Source of the DNA: Nemertoderma westbladi
Lineage: Eukaryota > Animalia > Xenacoelomorpha
NCBI GenBank assembly: GCA_032718475.1
Contig: JAUCBJ010000358.1
Coordinates: 34,900 to 98,899 of the forward strand
Reading direction: 5' to 3'
DNA length: 64,000 nt
This document shows, one piece after another, positions 60,676-64,000 of the stretch. Below the pieces are notes generated by a model, which did not search any database, was not told the DNA's origin, and saw nothing but the letters and a program-made list of their open reading frames with translations. The translations under genes were made by a program, and so were the position numbers. Numbering within the stretch: the first letter of the stretch is position 1; each line of letters starts with the position of its first letter.

Positions 60676-63392
60676 TCAACATAGAAGGACATTAAGTCTT
60701 CTTGATTCAGCGCTGTGAGGATTGTTGGAAGTTGCAGTAAAATTTTGTGAAGGTGGATTTCCATAACTATTGTGACCCATCTCCATGTAATGTATGTCTG
60801 TAGTGAAGTTTCCGTTCTTGTGCCTCTGTTTCATGTAGGCATTATCTGGTGAAAGAGGTGTATGTGTTTGGTTTAGCTTTCCATATGATGAATTGCTTGA
60901 GGGATAATTGCGGATTATCCTTTCACTGTGAGCAACATTCCTTTTCATTTGAGGTTGGATATTTTCCTCGCTTAGTGGAGAAAAATAGTTGTTGGTATGA
61001 ACAGGTGGAATGACTGTAGCTTGCCTATTCAAAGGGATATGGTTGCCTCGACGTCTCTGGGGGGGATATCGATGTGGTGAAACAGCTTCACCTTGGATTT
61101 TATCTACAGTTGTATCATGTGGAAAGTTGTTAATTGAGTTGCAGTTGGTATTTACTGGCTGTAATCTTAAATTCTGTTTGCTAATACTCGGAATATATCT
61201 TTCAACAGTTAGTTCGCCTTCTACAGAGTTAATATTATTAGCTAACTTGTTTTTGTGAAAAGGAGGGCCGCTACAGCTTTGGGAGATATCCATTTGTGCT
61301 GACTTTGTTGTCTTTTCTTTCGCATTATTCAACTGTTTCAGTCGGTTTTCTAAAACCATCCTGGAGTGACGTTCTTCATTCACTTCATCAGTTAGCTGCT
61401 TTACCCTCTCAGTCAAAGAATCATTCTGATTGTTCAACACACAGAGCTTCGAAAGTACATTAGCAATAGCAGCTATCATTTCCTTTCTGAACTGCTCCAC
61501 GGCTGGATTTTCTTCCTCAGCAGTCTTTTCTTTTTCTTTGTCTCTTGCTAGCCTTTTACGACACGCTGTAGTTAAGTGTTTATCAAGTACAGACCTCTGA
61601 AGTCCATAGATGTCAACTGCCATTTCATGAGATGATTGTCTAGTACGCAATTGTAAAGCCATACTTTGACAGGGAGACATTAAGCTCTTAACTTCATGGT
61701 ACAGCATATCACGCTGTACAACCCTTACATCGTTAACTTGTTCTTCTAAGGCCTTTAGTACGGTGGCCCAGAACGGCCAAGCAACTTTTTAAATGTGAAA
61801 GTGTCCTTTTCAGTGCTAAAGTGTTCTTTTTAGTGTGAAAATGATCTTTTCAGTGTGAAAATGATCTTTTCATTGTGAAAGTGTAAATCTGAAAGTGCGA
61901 AAGTGTAAATTTGAAAGTGCGAAAGTGTAAATTTGAAAGTGCGAAAGTGTAAATTTGAAAGTGCGAAAGTGTAAATTTGAAAGTGTAAATTTGAAAGTGT
62001 AAATTTGAAAGTGTAAATTTGAAAGTGCGAAAGTGTAAATTTGAAGTGAGAAAGTGTAAATTTGAAATTGAGAAAGTGTAAATTTGAAAGTGAGAAGTGT
62101 AAATTTAAATCCGAATTATGGCGGGAAATTTAAATTCAGATGGGTCGGCCAGACCATGTGCTGTAAAGTATACATAGAGAGGCCTATCCACTGTACCGGT
62201 ACATTTGGCAGTTAGTAATACAGAACATAAAACAGTACTGTATTATTGACATGTCAGCAGAATGCATCCGTACTCATGCGTACTGGTTGTGGTACTATTC
62301 CTGCGTACGTATCGGCGTACGGATCTGCGTACGAAATGCAAGTCTTTAAGACGTCTTCTTATCCGTCACGGTTTGCACATGATGTGGACATTGTCTCTAA
62401 CCCGCATTATGCGGGTTAGAGAAAATGTCCACATCAGTGCACGTACGATAAGAAGACGTCTTAAAGACTTACATTTAGTACGCACATACGTACGCAGGTT
62501 TAGTACACATTAGTACGCAGGTACGGATGCATTCTGCTGACATGTCAATAATATTACTGTTTTATGTTCTGTATTACTAACTGCCAAATGTACCGGTACA
62601 GTGGATAGGCCTCTCTATGTATACTTTACAGCACATGGTCTGGCCTACCCATCTGAATTTAAATTTCCCGCCATAATTCGTATTTAAATTTACACTTTCC
62701 CACTTTCAAATTTACACTTTCAAATTTACACTTTCTCACTTTCAAATTTACACTTTCCACTTCAAATTTACACTTTCTCACTTTCAAATTTACACTTTCC
62801 CACTTTCAAATTTACACTTTCCACTTTCAAATTTACACTTTCGCACTTTCAAATTTACACTTTCGCACTTTCAAATTTACACTTTCGCACTTTCAAATTT
62901 ACACTTTCAAATTTACACTTTCGCACTTTCAAATTTACACTTTCGCACTTTCAAATTTACACTTTCGCACTTTCAAATTTACACTTTCACAATGAAAAGA
63001 TAATTTTCACACTGAAAAGAACACTTTAGCACTGAAAAGTGCACTTTCACATTTAAAAAGTTTCTTGGCCGTACTGGGCCACCGTACTTTAGTGCCTCTA
63101 TCCGCGGTACTTTCGAAATGGACTTCAGAATGTGTGCACCTGGTATGAGTGAATTGTTACCAACGTCCAGTATTTTCAGCTCTATTGGTAATCCTGAACT
63201 CACTATGTTCCATATTTGGATGCTTCAAGACAGTACCGGTAACAACAATATCGTCGATATCACATATTTTAATGTTTTCAAACAGTGCTTTAACCAATTC
63301 CTCAGGTTACTTCTGGCTGTATCACCAAACTGGATGCGTTTGTAATTAGAAATGGGCATATAAGCAGAGATATGCGCCACAGTCGGTGCCAT
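60676..63392 (-). pseudogene. Probable LINE ORF1-like coiled-coil ORF, split by the palindromic insertion and degraded at its 5' end
   Basis: Removing 61759-63086 plus one TSD fuses ..VPRIEA-LK-ALEEQVNDVRVVQRD-MLYHEV.. in frame; coiled coil followed by TNNYFSPLS, like the N-x-F-x-x-L motif of CR1/L2 ORF1; family assignment is inference. Confidence 0.5.
61759..63086. mobile_element. 1328-bp near-perfect palindromic non-autonomous element, TAC..GTA termini, 6-bp TSD (IS3EU-like)
   Basis: TACGGTGGCCCAG / CTGGGCCACCGTA; TSD CTTTAG (61753-61758, 63087-63092); arms contain GAAAGTGCGAAAGTGTAAATTT repeats; centre TCTCTAACCCGCAT-T-ATGCGGGTTAGAGA. Confidence 0.92.
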
Positions 63393-63419
63393 TTTGCTGG
63401 CTAGGAAACTGCCGCTTAA

Positions 63420-64000
63420 GGGGGGTAGCACCCCCAAATTGAACCTCACATTTATGTGTCTCTGGACCATAAAATTGGGTGAAAATTATTTTTTGTCGTC
63501 AACATCGCCTGGACAGTGTAAGAATAACGAAACCAAATTATTTTTAAAATTGGCCCCAAAATGGCTCCGTAATGGCCAAAAGAGCCTTTTTCCGCCAAGG
63601 GCTATTTCTCTACCAATATTTGTTGAAATTTGTCGAAAATTGGAATATAAGTTCAGAAGAACCCTGCATCCAATTCCTCTGAACACAATTTTGCCTCAAA
63701 TGCTCTGGAGCCTTTTTAGAACAAAAAGCCCCAAAAAGGGCTTTTTTGGGCCTTTTTGATATAAAAAAGCTATAGGGCATTTCCAACCAAATTTGTTCAG
63801 AATAAGTATGGAGAAGGGTATTCTTAACAAGTGTACAAAATTTCAACTCATTTCAGTTAATATTTTAAGCTATTTTAGATAATACCAATTTTCTATGTTC
63901 GTCAATAACTTTGTCAAGAATGAATGAAATTCAACGAAATTTTTCATGCTTGCTAAACAGATAACTGTTTTAGCAATTTTATACATATCTATTCCGTGAG
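63420..64000. mobile_element. Possible left end of a TTAA-targeting (Kolobok-like) non-autonomous element, cut off by the window edge
   Basis: TTAA|GGGGGGTAGCACCCCC start and an abrupt composition change; partner TIR not in the window. Confidence 0.3.

Overview
AT-rich, repeat-dense eukaryotic (metazoan, probably invertebrate) genomic window; the taxon cannot be fixed from the sequence. Four host genes are recognisable and all are strikingly intron-poor. (1) A Na+/K+-ATPase alpha subunit on the minus strand, with two large coding exons plus a probable 11-nt first coding exon. (2) A single-exon CCDC146/MBO2 ciliary coiled-coil gene with an upstream RFX X-box. (3) A frameshifted FKBP6/shutdown-like gene whose C-terminal linker has expanded into a ~2.4-kb 39-bp minisatellite. 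(4) A single-exon alpha-kinase with an acidic repeat tail. The rest consists of tandem arrays (28, 20, 29, 32-35, 10, 45, 17, 39 and 38 bp units, two with higher-order structure), non-autonomous TIR elements whose target-site duplications can be read directly (8-bp hAT-type, 9-bp MULE/foldback, TAA Harbinger-type, and a 1.33-kb palindromic TAC..GTA element with a 6-bp TSD), and decayed LINE fragments. The most unexplained signal is a bipartite motif, TTTATTGTTTTGG-N18-GTAACCTGCTCCTTT. It recurs about ten times inside otherwise unrelated elements, with conserved ends and a spacer of variable sequence but mostly constant length.
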